Shown: positions 49,933-59,735 of the stretch, in pieces
Layout: each line of letters starts with the position of its first letter
Numbering within the stretch: position 1 is the stretch's first letter
Source of the DNA: Oceanispirochaeta sp.
Lineage (GTDB): Bacteria > Spirochaetota > Spirochaetia > DSM-2461
Direction: 5' to 3'
Assembly (NCBI GenBank): GCA_963663385.2
Contig: CAXXXD010000002.1
Location: 1,344,001 to 1,408,000 of the forward strand
Length of the DNA: 64,000 nt
Made by a program: the position numbers and the translations under genes
The notes under the pieces: model-generated
Databases searched by the model: none
What the model was told of the DNA's origin: nothing
Seen by the model: the letters and a program-made list of their open reading frames with translations, nothing else

Positions 49933-50538
49933 ATGATTGGTGTGGTGGATTACGAAGCGGGTAATCTGAAAAGTGTTGAGACCGCTCTGGCTTTTGTGGG
50001 TGCGGATTTCTTTATTTCATCCGATCCCGACAAACTCTCACAGGCTGATAAACTGATCTTTCCTGGTGTGGGAGAGGCTGCGGCAGCCATGAAAGTATTG
50101 AAAAACTCCGGTCTGGACCGGGTTCTGGTGGATTTCGCAGCAGCGGGAAAACCTCTTTTCGGCATCTGTCTGGGGAGTCAGATCCTCTTTGAATATTCCG
50201 AGGAATCGGATACAACCTGTCTGGGGATACTGCCCGGACAAGTCCGGCAGTTTTCTTCAGGGATGGGACTGAAAATCCCCCATATGGGATGGAATACCCT
50301 GAAACACAGCAACCACCCCCTTTTTAAAGATATACCTCAGGATAGTTCCTTCTATTTTGTCCACTCCTACTATGTGGAGGTATCTTCCCCTGACTATGTT
50401 ATAGGCACAAGTGATTACGGAATCGAATTTACAGCTGCCGTAGCCAGAGGCAATGTTATGGCCACCCAGTTTCACCCCGAAAAGAGCGGGGAGTGGGGAC
50501 TGAAAATCCTGGAAAACTTTATGGATCTGGAGGTATAG
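49933..50538 (+). CDS. hisH: Imidazole glycerol phosphate synthase glutaminase subunit
   Basis: [39 protein letters not shown]. Confidence 0.95.
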   Translation: MIGVVDYEAGNLKSVETALAFVGADFFISSDPDKLSQADKLIFPGVGEAAAAMKVLKNSGLDRVLVDFAAAGKPLFGICLGSQILFEYSEESDTTCLGILPGQVRQFSSGMGLKIPHMGWNTLKHSNHPLFKDIPQDSSFYFVHSYYVEVSSPDYVIGTSDYGIEFTAAVARGNVMATQFHPEKSGEWGLKILENFMDLEV

Positions 50539-50540
50539 GT

Positions 50541-51305
50541 ATGCTGCAGAAAAGGATTGTCGTCTGCCTTGATGTGAGAGACGGGAAAACTACAAAGGGG
50601 ATAAAATTCAAGGGAAATATCGATATAGGCGATCCTGTGGATATGGCTGCCGAGTATTACCGTCAGGGTGTGGATGAACTCGTTTTTTACGATATTACAG
50701 CCTCTGCCGAGAAGCGGGGCATTATGATCGATGTGGTCAGGCGTGTAGCTGAAACCATCTTTATTCCTTTCTGTGTCGGCGGGGGAATTTCCACTGTGGA
50801 GGATATGCGGGCTGTCCTGCTGGCTGGTGCGGAAAAAATCAGTATTAACTCTGCGGCTGTACGTAACCCCGATATAATAGACGGAGGGGCTCGGCAGTTT
50901 GGAAATCAGTGTATTGTTTTAGGTATGGACGCTTTGGCTGATCCGGCTATGCCTTCGGGTTACAGGGTTGTGATCGACGGCGGGCGGAAGCATACGGATA
51001 AAGATGCCCTGGCCTGGGCTAAGGAAGCGGAAGCCAGAGGTGCGGGCGAAATCGTATTGAATTCCATCGACGCCGACGGCACCCGGGAAGGGTATGAGCT
51101 GACAGTTACCAGGCTGATCAGTGAAAATGTGGGTATTCCCGTGGTTGCTTCCGGCGGAGCCGGGACACCGGAGCATCTGGCATCAGTTCTGACGGAAGGA
51201 AAAGCCGATGCCGCTCTGATTGCCAGTATGGTCCATTTCGGAGACTATACGGTTCCGGGAATCAAGGATTACCTTCATAAAAAAAGCATCCCGGTCAGGC
51301 TGTAA
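50541..51305 (+). CDS. hisF: Imidazole glycerol phosphate synthase cyclase subunit
   Basis: [47 protein letters not shown] 50541 follows GGAGGT. Confidence 0.95.
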   Translation: MLQKRIVVCLDVRDGKTTKGIKFKGNIDIGDPVDMAAEYYRQGVDELVFYDITASAEKRGIMIDVVRRVAETIFIPFCVGGGISTVEDMRAVLLAGAEKISINSAAVRNPDIIDGGARQFGNQCIVLGMDALADPAMPSGYRVVIDGGRKHTDKDALAWAKEAEARGAGEIVLNSIDADGTREGYELTVTRLISENVGIPVVASGGAGTPEHLASVLTEGKADAALIASMVHFGDYTVPGIKDYLHKKSIPVRL

Positions 51306-51361
51306 AGCCGTTCTGTCTGCCTTCCGGAAGTTAATTTCCCCCATAATAGGGGGATAATCGC

Positions 51362-51390
51362 TTGCCTTTGAACTTGAAAATCAGTATATT
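51362..51390 (+). promoter_or_regulatory. Sigma70-like promoter
   Basis: TTGCCT-N17-TATATT upstream of the AAGGAG RBS of the FmdB gene. Confidence 0.45.
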
Positions 51391-51440
51391 TTATTCAAAA
51401 TAATGGAATTGCCCCTCCAGAGAAAGGAGAAATTTAGAAT

Positions 51441-51722
51441 ATGCCTACATACGATTATGAATGTAAAAACTGCGGACATCTGTTTGAATATTTTCAGTCC
51501 ATGACTGATGAACCTCTGACAACATGTCCCGACTGTCAGACCGAATCTCTCAGGCGCCTTATCGGAGGTGGTATGGGGGTTATTTTCAAGGGCAGCGGGT
51601 TTTATGTAAACGATGCCAAAAAGAGTTCCAGCACCTCAAAACCCCTGACGGATAAGACAGCCAATACCGGGAATAAGGAATCCAAAGCTGATACAGGCAG
51701 TTCTAACAGCCAGACTGCGTGA
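51441..51722 (+). CDS. FmdB-family zinc-ribbon regulatory protein
   Basis: MPTYDYECKNCGH..CPDC..FKGSGFYVND. Confidence 0.9.
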   Translation: MPTYDYECKNCGHLFEYFQSMTDEPLTTCPDCQTESLRRLIGGGMGVIFKGSGFYVNDAKKSSSTSKPLTDKTANTGNKESKADTGSSNSQTA

Positions 51723-51743
51723 CTGGATCAGTAATCTAAGCCT

Positions 51744-51778
51744 AAAAAAAGGAACCGGCCGGTTCCTTTTTTTTTTTT
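51744..51778 (+). terminator. Intrinsic (probably bidirectional) terminator
   Basis: A7-GGAACCGGCCGGTTCC-T12 palindrome 21 nt after the stop. Confidence 0.85.
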
Positions 51779-51881
51779 GATGTATTTATCAGGGCAATTC
51801 TGTAGAGACGGGTTTTGAATCAAGACCCCTCTCGATCTCCTCTGGTTGCATAGGCGAGTCGGCAGCATACTCGAGCAGTAA

Positions 51882-52031
51882 ACGAAGTTTACGACCAGAG
51901 CAGGAAGCCTGCTTCCGACCAGCCCCTCATGGGGAGAGGTAGTCAAGTTTGTATTTTTCGAACCGTTATCAATCTCTACATAAGAGAGATCCAAGACATT
52001 TTCCCCTCATGAGGAGGGGATTAAGGGGAGG
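51882..52031. repeat. Composite intergenic repeat: 56-bp element plus triplex-motif doublet with a 65-bp spacer
   Basis: 51882-51937 is 54/56 identical to 59736-59791; CCCCTCA-TGA-GGAGGGG-ATTAA-GGGGAGG at 52003-52031. Confidence 0.85.
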
Positions 52032-53228
52032 TCACACCTTTGCTTCCCGCTCCACACCGTTCGCCGGGAAGAACTCTCTATCCGCCTTTTCTTCTGCCTG
52101 TTTGAGGACTTCTTTCATTCCTTCAATAGTTTTCCAGTCCTCCTGAGTCTGCTTCAGGTCGGGTTTTACTTCCGGATGAGCAGGCGAAAAGAGGGCACAG
52201 CAGTCGTCGAAGGGTTGAATCGAAGTTTCAAAGGCTCCGATCTTCCGGGATATAAGAATGGTTTCCTCCTTGTCCATTCCGATAAGGGGGCGAAAAACAG
52301 GCAGCTCTACAGAGCTGTTGGTATAGCAAAGGCTCTCCAGGGTCTGACTGGCCACCTGACTTAAGGCCTCTCCTGTTATAAGACAGAGATCATCCCGTTT
52401 CCTTGCAATAGACTGGGCTATCTTCATCATGGCCGCCCGTGAGTGCAGGGTGGTTGTCTCCGGTCTGACCGAACGGTTGATCAGCACCTGAACATCCGTA
52501 AAAGGCACAGTATAGAGTGTTATGCCGCAGCACCAGGGGGCGATAATCCGAGCCAGATCCCGTACCTTTTCCAGAGACTCGGGGCTGGTGTAGGGGGGCG
52601 TGTGGAAATAGACCGCATCCAGAGTCATCCCCCTTTTGGCCATCAGGTAACCGGCTACAGGAGAGTCGATCCCCCCCGACAGGAGGAGCATCCCTTTTCC
52701 GGCGCTGTGCACAGGGAGACCTCCCGCTCCCTTATGGGTATAACCGTAGACGTACCCCTTTTCCCGCAGCTCCACATGTACCACCCAGTCCGGGTTTTTC
52801 ACATCCACTTTTGTTTCGGGGAAAGCTTCCAGTATACGCCCTCCCAATTCGGCAGAGTAGCCGTAGTTGTCCATGGGCAGGCTCTTGTCCACCCGTCTTG
52901 TATTGACTTTAAATGTTATTCCATTACCGGCATCCAGATTCTGTTTTGCCACCAGAATGGCCTTTTCCGCCAGCTGTTCCAGCTCTTTGGCGCAGCTGTA
53001 GGAGCGGGTAAAACCGGTTATACCGAATACCTTGCTTAAACAGGATGTCACATATTCATCGCTTAACCCTTCCGTTTCCAGATAGAAACGGCCGGAGCGG
53101 ACGGTTACACGGGAGGGATGGGGCCGGAGAATCTTTTTTATATTATTTTTAAGCTGTCTTTCAAAGAGAGCCTTGTTGCCTTTTTTCAGGGCGATTTCCC
53201 CGATTTTGATCAGATATAATTCACTCAT
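52032..53228 (-). CDS. thiI: tRNA 4-thiouridine(8) synthase
   Basis: GEIALKKGN, THUMP region, GGLPV, LLLSGGIDSPVA (PP-loop), TGEALSQVASQT, RPLIGMDK, DCC. Confidence 0.93.
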   Translation of the reverse strand: MSELYLIKIGEIALKKGNKALFERQLKNNIKKILRPHPSRVTVRSGRFYLETEGLSDEYVTSCLSKVFGITGFTRSYSCAKELEQLAEKAILVAKQNLDAGNGITFKVNTRRVDKSLPMDNYGYSAELGGRILEAFPETKVDVKNPDWVVHVELREKGYVYGYTHKGAGGLPVHSAGKGMLLLSGGIDSPVAGYLMAKRGMTLDAVYFHTPPYTSPESLEKVRDLARIIAPWCCGITLYTVPFTDVQVLINRSVRPETTTLHSRAAMMKIAQSIARKRDDLCLITGEALSQVASQTLESLCYTNSSVELPVFRPLIGMDKEETILISRKIGAFETSIQPFDDCCALFSPAHPEVKPDLKQTQEDWKTIEGMKEVLKQAEEKADREFFPANGVEREAKV

Positions 53229-53235
53229 GACTGCA

Positions 53236-53264
53236 ATCCTATCAGAAAAATCAGCTTGGGTTAA
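53236..53264 (-). promoter_or_regulatory. Promoter of a candidate leaderless thiI transcript
   Basis: Minus strand: TTAACC-N17-(TGA)TAGGAT, 7 nt, ATG; no SD. Confidence 0.45.
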
Positions 53265-53276
53265 CCCTGAATGTAT

Positions 53277-54443
53277 TCAACTCCTGTAAACGGCCTGTCC
53301 CAGGGCGGCAGCCTGTTCCTTCAGGTTCGCCGTAAAGCTTTTTATCTCTTCCATGGTCGTCTCCGGCCCCTGTGAGACCCGGATGGAAGAGAAAGCCGTC
53401 TTCTGGTCCACTCCCATGGCTTCCAGGGCTCGGGTTCTGTTTTTTTTGTTGGCAGAGCAGGCTGATCCGGTGGAAATGGCAAATCCGGCCTCGTCCATAA
53501 CCCGTACCAGAACTTCACCCGGCAGAGGGGGAAGGGCAAGACTGAGTATCCAGGGCGAGTAGTGGTCCGGGTGTACAAGGCGGTCCTCCGGTATAATCCG
53601 GCAGTTTTTCATAGGGGAGAGTTCGGAAACCAGATAAGCCATCCTCTCCTTTGCTGCAATCAGGTTCTCCCTGATATTTTTATCACATTGTTCAAGGGCT
53701 TTGGTAAGGCTGGCCGCACCGGCCAGATTTTCCGTACCGGGGCGGATACCCATCTCCTGCCCGCCCCCTGTATAAAGGGGCTGTATTCTTTTCTTCAGGT
53801 AGAGCAGACCGATCCCCCGGGGACCCTGTATTTTATGGGCGCTGAAGGATGCTGAATCCAGATCCCACTCCTGCAGGTTAAAGGGAATCTTTCCGGCTGT
53901 CTGGACAAGATCTGAGTGGATATGGATGGCTCTGTCCATGCTCTTCTCCTGCTCCCTGATCAGGGCGATCAGCTCCTCCATAGGTTGAATCACACCTGTT
54001 TCGTTGTGAACAGCCATTATAATAACCATCTTTGTTTCTCTATCCAGCAGCTTTTTCAGTTTCTGCGGACTGATACGGCCGTCTGTGCCGGGGTTCAGTG
54101 CTTTTATTTCCCAGCCGTTGTTCTTCAATGCCTGAACCGGTTCCCAGAGAGAAGGGTGTTCCAGGCCGCTGATGATCAGCCGGCCTTTGTCTCTCCGTTT
54201 CAGGAGGGAGGTGACTACAAGGTTGTTGGATTCGGTTCCTCCGGAAGTAAAATAGAGCTGCTCCGCTGAACATTTCAGCAGGGTTGCACAGCGCATATGC
54301 AGTTTATGGAGCAGTTCTCCCGATTTGACACCTTCCCTGTGAAGAGAGGAGGGGTTGGCAAAGAACTCTTTTGACGTAGTCAAATATTCATCAAGCAGGC
54401 AGGGGGAGGGCGGTGTGGTCGAGGCCCAGTCAAGGTATATCAT
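53277..54443 (-). CDS. Cysteine desulfurase (IscS/NifS family)
   Basis: MIYLDWASTTP, ANPSSLH, FTSGGTESNN, SAHKIQGPRG, RPGTEN, STGSAC; adjacent to thiI. Confidence 0.92.
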   Translation of the reverse strand: MIYLDWASTTPPSPCLLDEYLTTSKEFFANPSSLHREGVKSGELLHKLHMRCATLLKCSAEQLYFTSGGTESNNLVVTSLLKRRDKGRLIISGLEHPSLWEPVQALKNNGWEIKALNPGTDGRISPQKLKKLLDRETKMVIIMAVHNETGVIQPMEELIALIREQEKSMDRAIHIHSDLVQTAGKIPFNLQEWDLDSASFSAHKIQGPRGIGLLYLKKRIQPLYTGGGQEMGIRPGTENLAGAASLTKALEQCDKNIRENLIAAKERMAYLVSELSPMKNCRIIPEDRLVHPDHYSPWILSLALPPLPGEVLVRVMDEAGFAISTGSACSANKKNRTRALEAMGVDQKTAFSSIRVSQGPETTMEEIKSFTANLKEQAAALGQAVYRS

Positions 54444-54450
54444 GACCCTA

Positions 54451-54480
54451 AGAATAACAGAAAGGAGGGGCATTTCGCAA
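54451..54480 (-). promoter_or_regulatory. Promoter of a candidate leaderless cysteine desulfurase transcript
   Basis: Minus strand: TTGCGA-N18-(TGT)TATTCT, 7 nt, ATG. Confidence 0.5.
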
Positions 54481-54507
54481 GCTGGAAGGAAATGGTGTAT
54501 ATATTGA

Positions 54508-54536
54508 TTGATTATATCCCAAGAGGATGATATTTT
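54508..54536 (+). promoter_or_regulatory. Promoter of a candidate leaderless arsR transcript
   Basis: TTGATT-N17-(TGA)TATTTT, 7 nt, ATG 54544. Confidence 0.5.
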
Positions 54537-54543
54537 ACTATAT

Positions 54544-54840
54544 ATGGAAAACAAATGTAATTGCCCTGAAGAAGTGGTCGATGATTATGCCAAAAAACTG
54601 AAAGTATGCGGACACCCGCTCCGTCTGAAGATGCTTTGCCTGATTGAAAGACAGGATTGTTGTGTTTCAGAGCTGTGGCAATGCCTTGATCAGCCTCAGC
54701 CTGTTATTTCCCAGCACCTGGCCGTCTTGAAAGACAAGGGGATTGTGGAGTCCCTGACGGAAGGGAATAAGAGGATCTACCGGATTGTTGATCCCTTTGT
54801 TAAGAATATAGTCGCCGGATTTGACGGTATAGTTGATTGA
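54544..54840 (+). CDS. ArsR/SmtB-family transcriptional regulator
   Basis: LKVCGHPLRLKML, CVSEL, QPVISQHLAVLK..GIV, GNKRIY. Confidence 0.9.
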   Translation: MENKCNCPEEVVDDYAKKLKVCGHPLRLKMLCLIERQDCCVSELWQCLDQPQPVISQHLAVLKDKGIVESLTEGNKRIYRIVDPFVKNIVAGFDGIVD

Positions 54841-54863
54841 TTTTCTACTTCGAGAAATGAAGT

Positions 54864-54899
54864 AAAAAGCCGGACAGTTAAAACTGTACCGGCTTTTTT
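54864..54899. terminator. Bidirectional intrinsic terminator between convergent genes
   Basis: AAAAAGCCGG-ACAGTT-AA-AACTGT-A-CCGGCTTTTTT. Confidence 0.82.
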
Positions 54900-54920
54900 A
54901 TTGCATGCCCGCTGCTTAAA

Positions 54921-56411
54921 TTATTGAGAAGCAGGTGTTGGGTAGTTTGTCGGCCTGTCGGCAATTTCGTTCATGTAGTTCACCAGAATAACCGCGGTTG
55001 TAATGGTAGTGGCAATAACCGCCAGATCTCCGCCGTATTTTCCTATCCAGTACATGGGGTTGTTCCGGGGGGCATAGATGACATCCTCCGGCTGCAAAAT
55101 TCGCTCGTCCTGCTTGTATTTATTGCCGTATACATCATAAATCCTGACCTTGCGGCCGATATGGTTGTCGTAGTTGAATCCCCCTGCCAGATTAACATAG
55201 TACTCCCAGTTTTTATTGACAATATAGGGATAGGAGCCGGGACTCAGAACCTGTCCGGATACAAATACATAGTACTGCCGGAAAGGAACGACGATGATAT
55301 CCCTGTCTTCCAGAACAATATCGTAGGAGGTATCCCCGCTCAGCAGAATCTCCTGAATATTGGCCGGGATGTTATCCCCGTTGGACCGGATAATATAGGC
55401 GTTTTCCAGATCAGAAACCTTTGTAAACTGGCTCTCCATCTTGCGGGCGACGGAAGAGAGCTTTTCCCCCTCAGTAATGGTTACATCCACCTTGGAGGAT
55501 ACCGAAGTCCCTTCATTTGTAGTGCCTACGGCACCCTGGAGGTATACAACAGGAAGAAACGCCGATTTGGTGGAAACTGTTACCGTATCCATATCCATGA
55601 GTTCCATAGTGGCGTCAGTTTTTTCCATATCAATATAGAAGGTGCTGCCCTCGTTGTTGCTGGCATTGAAGGGGCGTTTGATCTCCACATGCTGCTTTTC
55701 CGCAGTCTGCGTAAAACCGCCCCCCTGAAAGGAGATAACATCCTGAAGGGTTTCTCCCTCTGTCAGCTGGTAGGTGCCGGGACGGCGCACCTGGCCGCTC
55801 AGGGTAACCTGTCTGTCATAGGGGTAGAGGATGACTGTGTCCCCATAGGAGAGGTAGGGGTCCTGGCTCATATTTCCGGTACGGGTTGCTTTAAAAAGAT
55901 CCACGAACCGGGTCTCTCCATCTGCTGAAACAATCTCTACCTTTCTGGTTGTGGTATAGGAGGTTTTTACAGAGGCTATCAGGGTGCTGAGGCGTTCAAA
56001 ACTCCAGGCATCCAGTTCCTGAGCGCTCGTCACTTCCCCCTTGATCAGGACGTTAAAGATTCCTGCGCTGCTTATGGTCAATACGGGTACGCTTCCCGGG
56101 TAGATCTCCTGATAGAGCTTCTCCACCTCGCTCTTGAATTCGGAGTATTTCATTCCCGCGGCATTGATCCGTCTTAAGCCGGGAATCTGCGCCATATAGT
56201 AGCTGTCTACGATAATGGACAGGCTGCTGGTTTCGTCATCCTGGATGTAGGTCAGGGTATAGGTATCCCCCGGAGTAACCGGATAGTTCGGGTTAACAGC
56301 GGCAAATGCCGCTCTTTCACCGGCCGTGCCGGAGAGGCTCCAGCAGAAGGCCGGCAGAAAGCACAGCAGCAGAGCCAGAAATACCTTATTCATTGTTTGT
56401 GTATTGCTCAT
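54921..56411 (-). CDS. SLBB-domain polysaccharide export protein (Wza/KpsD-like)
   Basis: Signal peptide; YPVTPGD, repeated V.V.GEV/GQV..PG.Y beta-grasp units, LAGG. Confidence 0.8.
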   Translation of the reverse strand: MSNTQTMNKVFLALLLCFLPAFCWSLSGTAGERAAFAAVNPNYPVTPGDTYTLTYIQDDETSSLSIIVDSYYMAQIPGLRRINAAGMKYSEFKSEVEKLYQEIYPGSVPVLTISSAGIFNVLIKGEVTSAQELDAWSFERLSTLIASVKTSYTTTRKVEIVSADGETRFVDLFKATRTGNMSQDPYLSYGDTVILYPYDRQVTLSGQVRRPGTYQLTEGETLQDVISFQGGGFTQTAEKQHVEIKRPFNASNNEGSTFYIDMEKTDATMELMDMDTVTVSTKSAFLPVVYLQGAVGTTNEGTSVSSKVDVTITEGEKLSSVARKMESQFTKVSDLENAYIIRSNGDNIPANIQEILLSGDTSYDIVLEDRDIIVVPFRQYYVFVSGQVLSPGSYPYIVNKNWEYYVNLAGGFNYDNHIGRKVRIYDVYGNKYKQDERILQPEDVIYAPRNNPMYWIGKYGGDLAVIATTITTAVILVNYMNEIADRPTNYPTPASQ

Positions 56412-56417
56412 TGGATT

Positions 56418-57668
56418 TCAGACTTCTCCCTTTAGTTTCTTCATCCTCTCGGGATCGTTTTTCAGGTTCTGCCAGAATTCCAGCAGGAACGCTCCGAAGA
56501 GGCTAAGGAAAAATCCGGCCATCGTTACGATTACACAGAGTTTTCCCCGGCCGGGACCGGACTTTATCTCCGGAACCTCCGCCTTTTCCAGTAGCTGGAA
56601 GGTGGGACCTGTTCCCTTGTCGGTCAGTTTGGTCACTTCATACTGCTCCAGAAGCCCCTTATAGATGGCTACCTGAATTTCAACGCTCCGTTTCAGTTTC
56701 TGCTCTTCTATCAGCAGATCGGGCATCCCGTTGAGGGGGGGGAGATTGTAATCCCCCTGTTCCTCCAGGGTTTTCAGAGCCAGTTCCAGCCCCTTCTTCT
56801 CCCGTTTTTTTTCCAGTATCTTGGGGTTGACAATGCCCGACTGATTTTCCATAGCTTCAATTTCCGCATCGATAGTGATCATCTGGGACTTCAGTTCCAT
56901 GGTCGCCGAAGTGATTTCCGTAATCAGGGTTTCCATGTCGATAATTTTATTCCGGCTAAGGAAGGCAAGGTAATCCGCCTGGAGGGTATCGATCTCCATC
57001 TGCACATCCTGCAGCTTCGTTTCCAGGAGTCCTTTCTGGCTCTGATTGGAAACCTGATCGATTTTAAGAAATTCAGCATCAAGGAGATTTACCATCCGGT
57101 TGGCTATTCTGGTAGCCAGTTCGGGGTCGATATCCTCGTAACCAATAGTCATGGTTCCTGTTGTATCATCAGCTTCAAGTCTGAGCTTATCCCGGATAAT
57201 CCGTCTTAAATCCGTTTTTGGGAATTTGGACTCGGATGTGTCATAAACCAGATCCAGTTGAAATTCCTCTGCCAGAATATCTATAAAGGTATTGCTGGTA
57301 GCCAGTTTTTCCGCCAGGGCGCTGTTGCTGCTGCCGCCGCCGGAAACCCCCGCCAGAGCGGCCAGGCTGCCCAGTCCGGATGAGTCAAGCATGGAAGAGA
57401 GGCCGCCTCCGGAACTGCTGTCATTAATCTTTACAGTCGAATAGGATTTATACAGATTGGGTAGGTAGCTTTTTTCCGGAGGGAGTTTAAGGGAAATAAC
57501 AGAATAGACCAGAACAAAAACAGCGGCTAACACGGTGATGCCGATAATCAGTCTTCTGTGTTTGAAAAGAACGCCTATCAGATCCAGCAGGTCAATTTCC
57601 TCTTCGTTTATTGAAGTTTCCGGTGAAATTCCGTGACCGGAGGTCTGGGGATAATTTTCTTGATTCAT
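56418..57668 (-). CDS. Polysaccharide chain-length determinant / co-polymerase (Wzz/GumC-like, no kinase domain)
   Basis: EEEIDLLDLI, TM, coiled coil, A.VPEIKSGPGR, second TM. Confidence 0.85.
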   Translation of the reverse strand: MNQENYPQTSGHGISPETSINEEEIDLLDLIGVLFKHRRLIIGITVLAAVFVLVYSVISLKLPPEKSYLPNLYKSYSTVKINDSSSGGGLSSMLDSSGLGSLAALAGVSGGGSSNSALAEKLATSNTFIDILAEEFQLDLVYDTSESKFPKTDLRRIIRDKLRLEADDTTGTMTIGYEDIDPELATRIANRMVNLLDAEFLKIDQVSNQSQKGLLETKLQDVQMEIDTLQADYLAFLSRNKIIDMETLITEITSATMELKSQMITIDAEIEAMENQSGIVNPKILEKKREKKGLELALKTLEEQGDYNLPPLNGMPDLLIEEQKLKRSVEIQVAIYKGLLEQYEVTKLTDKGTGPTFQLLEKAEVPEIKSGPGRGKLCVIVTMAGFFLSLFGAFLLEFWQNLKNDPERMKKLKGEV

Positions 57669-57678
57669 AATGCCTCAG

Positions 57679-57707
57679 ATAGTACGGGATTTTGCAAATT
57701 CTGTAAA
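57679..57707 (-). promoter_or_regulatory. Internal sigma70-like promoter for wzz-SLBB with a very short leader
   Basis: Minus strand: TTTACA-N17-TACTAT, 10 nt, ATG. Confidence 0.45.
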
Positions 57708-57715
57708 GTTCTTCC

Positions 57716-58801
57716 TTATCCCTGGTTATCATCCCGGTGGTGTCGGTAGTGAAGGTAAAGGAAAAAGACCAGAACCAGTATCAGGGATGTCAGGATAGGC
57801 AGGAACCTCAGGATACCGGGGATGAATTCAAAAAGAAAAATACTGAAACCGGAAAACACCAGAATCCCAATAATTACAGAGAGAATCTGTCTCTCGTCAA
57901 GTCCCATATCCAGCAGCTTATGGTGCATATGGGCCCTGTCGGGGGTGAAGAAGTGGAGCCCTTGCCGTTTGCGCCGGATCATGGCGGCAAAAACATCCGC
58001 AATGGGAATGGCCAGCATGGTAACGGGCATAACAAGGGATGTCCCGCTATGGGGGGAGGCCAGCAGGGGCAGTAGGGCCAGCAGGAAACCCAGGGTCAGG
58101 CTGCCCGAATCGCCCATGAAAATCCGTGCCGGAGGAAAATTGAAAAAGAGGTAGCCGAACACGGAACCCAGCAGGGTGAAACAGATAATGGAGAGCATAT
58201 ACTGCCCGTTCAGCATGAAAACTATGGCATAGACAAAAGTCGCCATTCCGGCGATACCGGCGGATAAACCGTCCATCCCGTCAATCAGGTTTACCGCATT
58301 GGTAACGCCTACCAGCCAGAATATTGTAAGGACAGGGCCAAAATACCCCAGCTGTATTACCATATCCGTAAAAGGAACGGCAAGGGCACGGATCCCCACC
58401 CCTCCGGCCATCACCAGCAGGGCGACAGCTATCTGACCGTAGAGCTTAATACGGGCTCTTAAATCGGCAAAATCATCCAGGATCCCTATAATAAAAATCA
58501 GAAGGGAACCGGCCAGGATAAGAAGCGCATTGTGATCTTTCCCGATGGAGAAACAGATGCTTGAGTTGAGCAGTTTGGCTGTCCCCAGGGAGCTTATTAC
58601 GGTAGCGATAACCAGAGAGAGGACTATTCCGATCCCTCCCAGTCGGGAGATCTGTCCTGTATGGATTTTTCTCTCGTCGGATGCATCGTCAAACCAGTTT
58701 TTTTTATGGGAAAGGAGTATTAGAAAGGGGATAAGAAACAAATTGATGACAAATGCCAGTGTAGTTGCTGTAAATGCCAAAAGTAAACTGTTTGCTTCCA
58801 T
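57716..58801 (-). CDS. wecA: Undecaprenyl-phosphate GlcNAc-1-phosphate transferase (WecA/MraY family)
   Basis: RKIH..RLGG, GILDD, NAVNLIDGMDGL, NFPPARIFMGDSGS, DRAHMHH; about 11 TM. Confidence 0.85.
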   Translation of the reverse strand: MEANSLLLAFTATTLAFVINLFLIPFLILLSHKKNWFDDASDERKIHTGQISRLGGIGIVLSLVIATVISSLGTAKLLNSSICFSIGKDHNALLILAGSLLIFIIGILDDFADLRARIKLYGQIAVALLVMAGGVGIRALAVPFTDMVIQLGYFGPVLTIFWLVGVTNAVNLIDGMDGLSAGIAGMATFVYAIVFMLNGQYMLSIICFTLLGSVFGYLFFNFPPARIFMGDSGSLTLGFLLALLPLLASPHSGTSLVMPVTMLAIPIADVFAAMIRRKRQGLHFFTPDRAHMHHKLLDMGLDERQILSVIIGILVFSGFSIFLFEFIPGILRFLPILTSLILVLVFFLYLHYRHHRDDNQG

Positions 58802-58900
58802 GAAATCCCCATCCAATCTTCAAAATAAAAAACAGGATTCATAATACATCAGCTGATACAACTTGTCCATAAGCGTTTCTTTTAATATATTTTCCAGTAT

Positions 58901-59668
58901 ATGAACAAAAATAGAATCAGCATCTTTTTCCTTAAAGTCTTTTTATTGTTTCTTTGTCCTTTTTCCCTGTTTGCCAAAAAACCGAAACCACCGGAATGGG
59001 ACGGTGCCAACTATCTGGAAAGGGAATTGAATTATGTGGAAAGGCCTGAGCTCTCCCTTCTTCCCGATTTCGAGCTGTCCCGTCAAATACGGGAAAATCT
59101 GGTTGACTTTGATCCGTCCGGCACTGTGGAGATCCTTTACCGCATGCCGAAGCTGGAGACTCATGAGGATAATCAGATGCTCTATATTCTTAACAGGATG
59201 AGTCGAATCAGTACTATGGAAGGGATCGAATACTATTCCGGCAGCCGGAAAATGATGTATCCCTACCTGGAGGAAGCTTTTGTGGCGGAGATGAGGAAGA
59301 GTGAAACAGCTGTGGATGATCCTCATTTCGATACTCTTCCCCGGGAACCCCGGAAGATTACGGTGTATCAGAATGATACTACCTTCGGAAAAGCCTGGTA
59401 CGATGTTTATCTGGAGACTACCGGTTCGGCCATTCGCCTTTCCATGACCAATACGACTACCATGCGCTATAAAATGTTTCCTGTGATGCGTGCCGAGCGG
59501 CTGCATATTGAAATGATTATAATTCCCCGGGAGGATGATCTGCTGTTTTACGGGCTGGCATCCTTTAAGCTGGGGAATACCTTCGGGATTGAGCTTAAGC
59601 TGGATGAATCCTTTGATCACAGGATGAGTGCTTTACAGGTCTGGTTCAACAACCAGGTGTATCCGTAA
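58901..59668 (+). CDS. Exported hypothetical protein (resembles spirochaete DUF6675-type proteins)
   Basis: Signal peptide; ISTMEGIEYYSGSR, QNDTTFG; family assignment from recall only. Confidence 0.55.
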   Translation: MNKNRISIFFLKVFLLFLCPFSLFAKKPKPPEWDGANYLERELNYVERPELSLLPDFELSRQIRENLVDFDPSGTVEILYRMPKLETHEDNQMLYILNRMSRISTMEGIEYYSGSRKMMYPYLEEAFVAEMRKSETAVDDPHFDTLPREPRKITVYQNDTTFGKAWYDVYLETTGSAIRLSMTNTTTMRYKMFPVMRAERLHIEMIIIPREDDLLFYGLASFKLGNTFGIELKLDESFDHRMSALQVWFNNQVYP

Positions 59669-59735
59669 GCTGTCTTTTGCCAAATTACTGCGTTAGCTTC
59701 CTGCACTGTCTGCTCATGTAGCTCCGCTACACTCC

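Noticed and set aside
49622..49936. Low-complexity ORFs (PSQSPN / RRLRGV / LSLRTP repeats)
   Set aside because: They are translations of the 18-bp tandem array (multiple of 3) in several frames, with no RBS or domain features
50493..50540. N-terminal extensions in the ORF track (hisF 50493, desulfurase 54554, arsR 54508, wecA 58816)
   Set aside because: Family N-termini and RBS/promoter positions support the later starts 50541, 54443, 54544 and 58801
51337..51354. Hairpin TCCCCC-ATAATA-GGGGGA after hisF as a terminator or triplex motif
   Set aside because: No U-tract and no mirror arm; ambiguous
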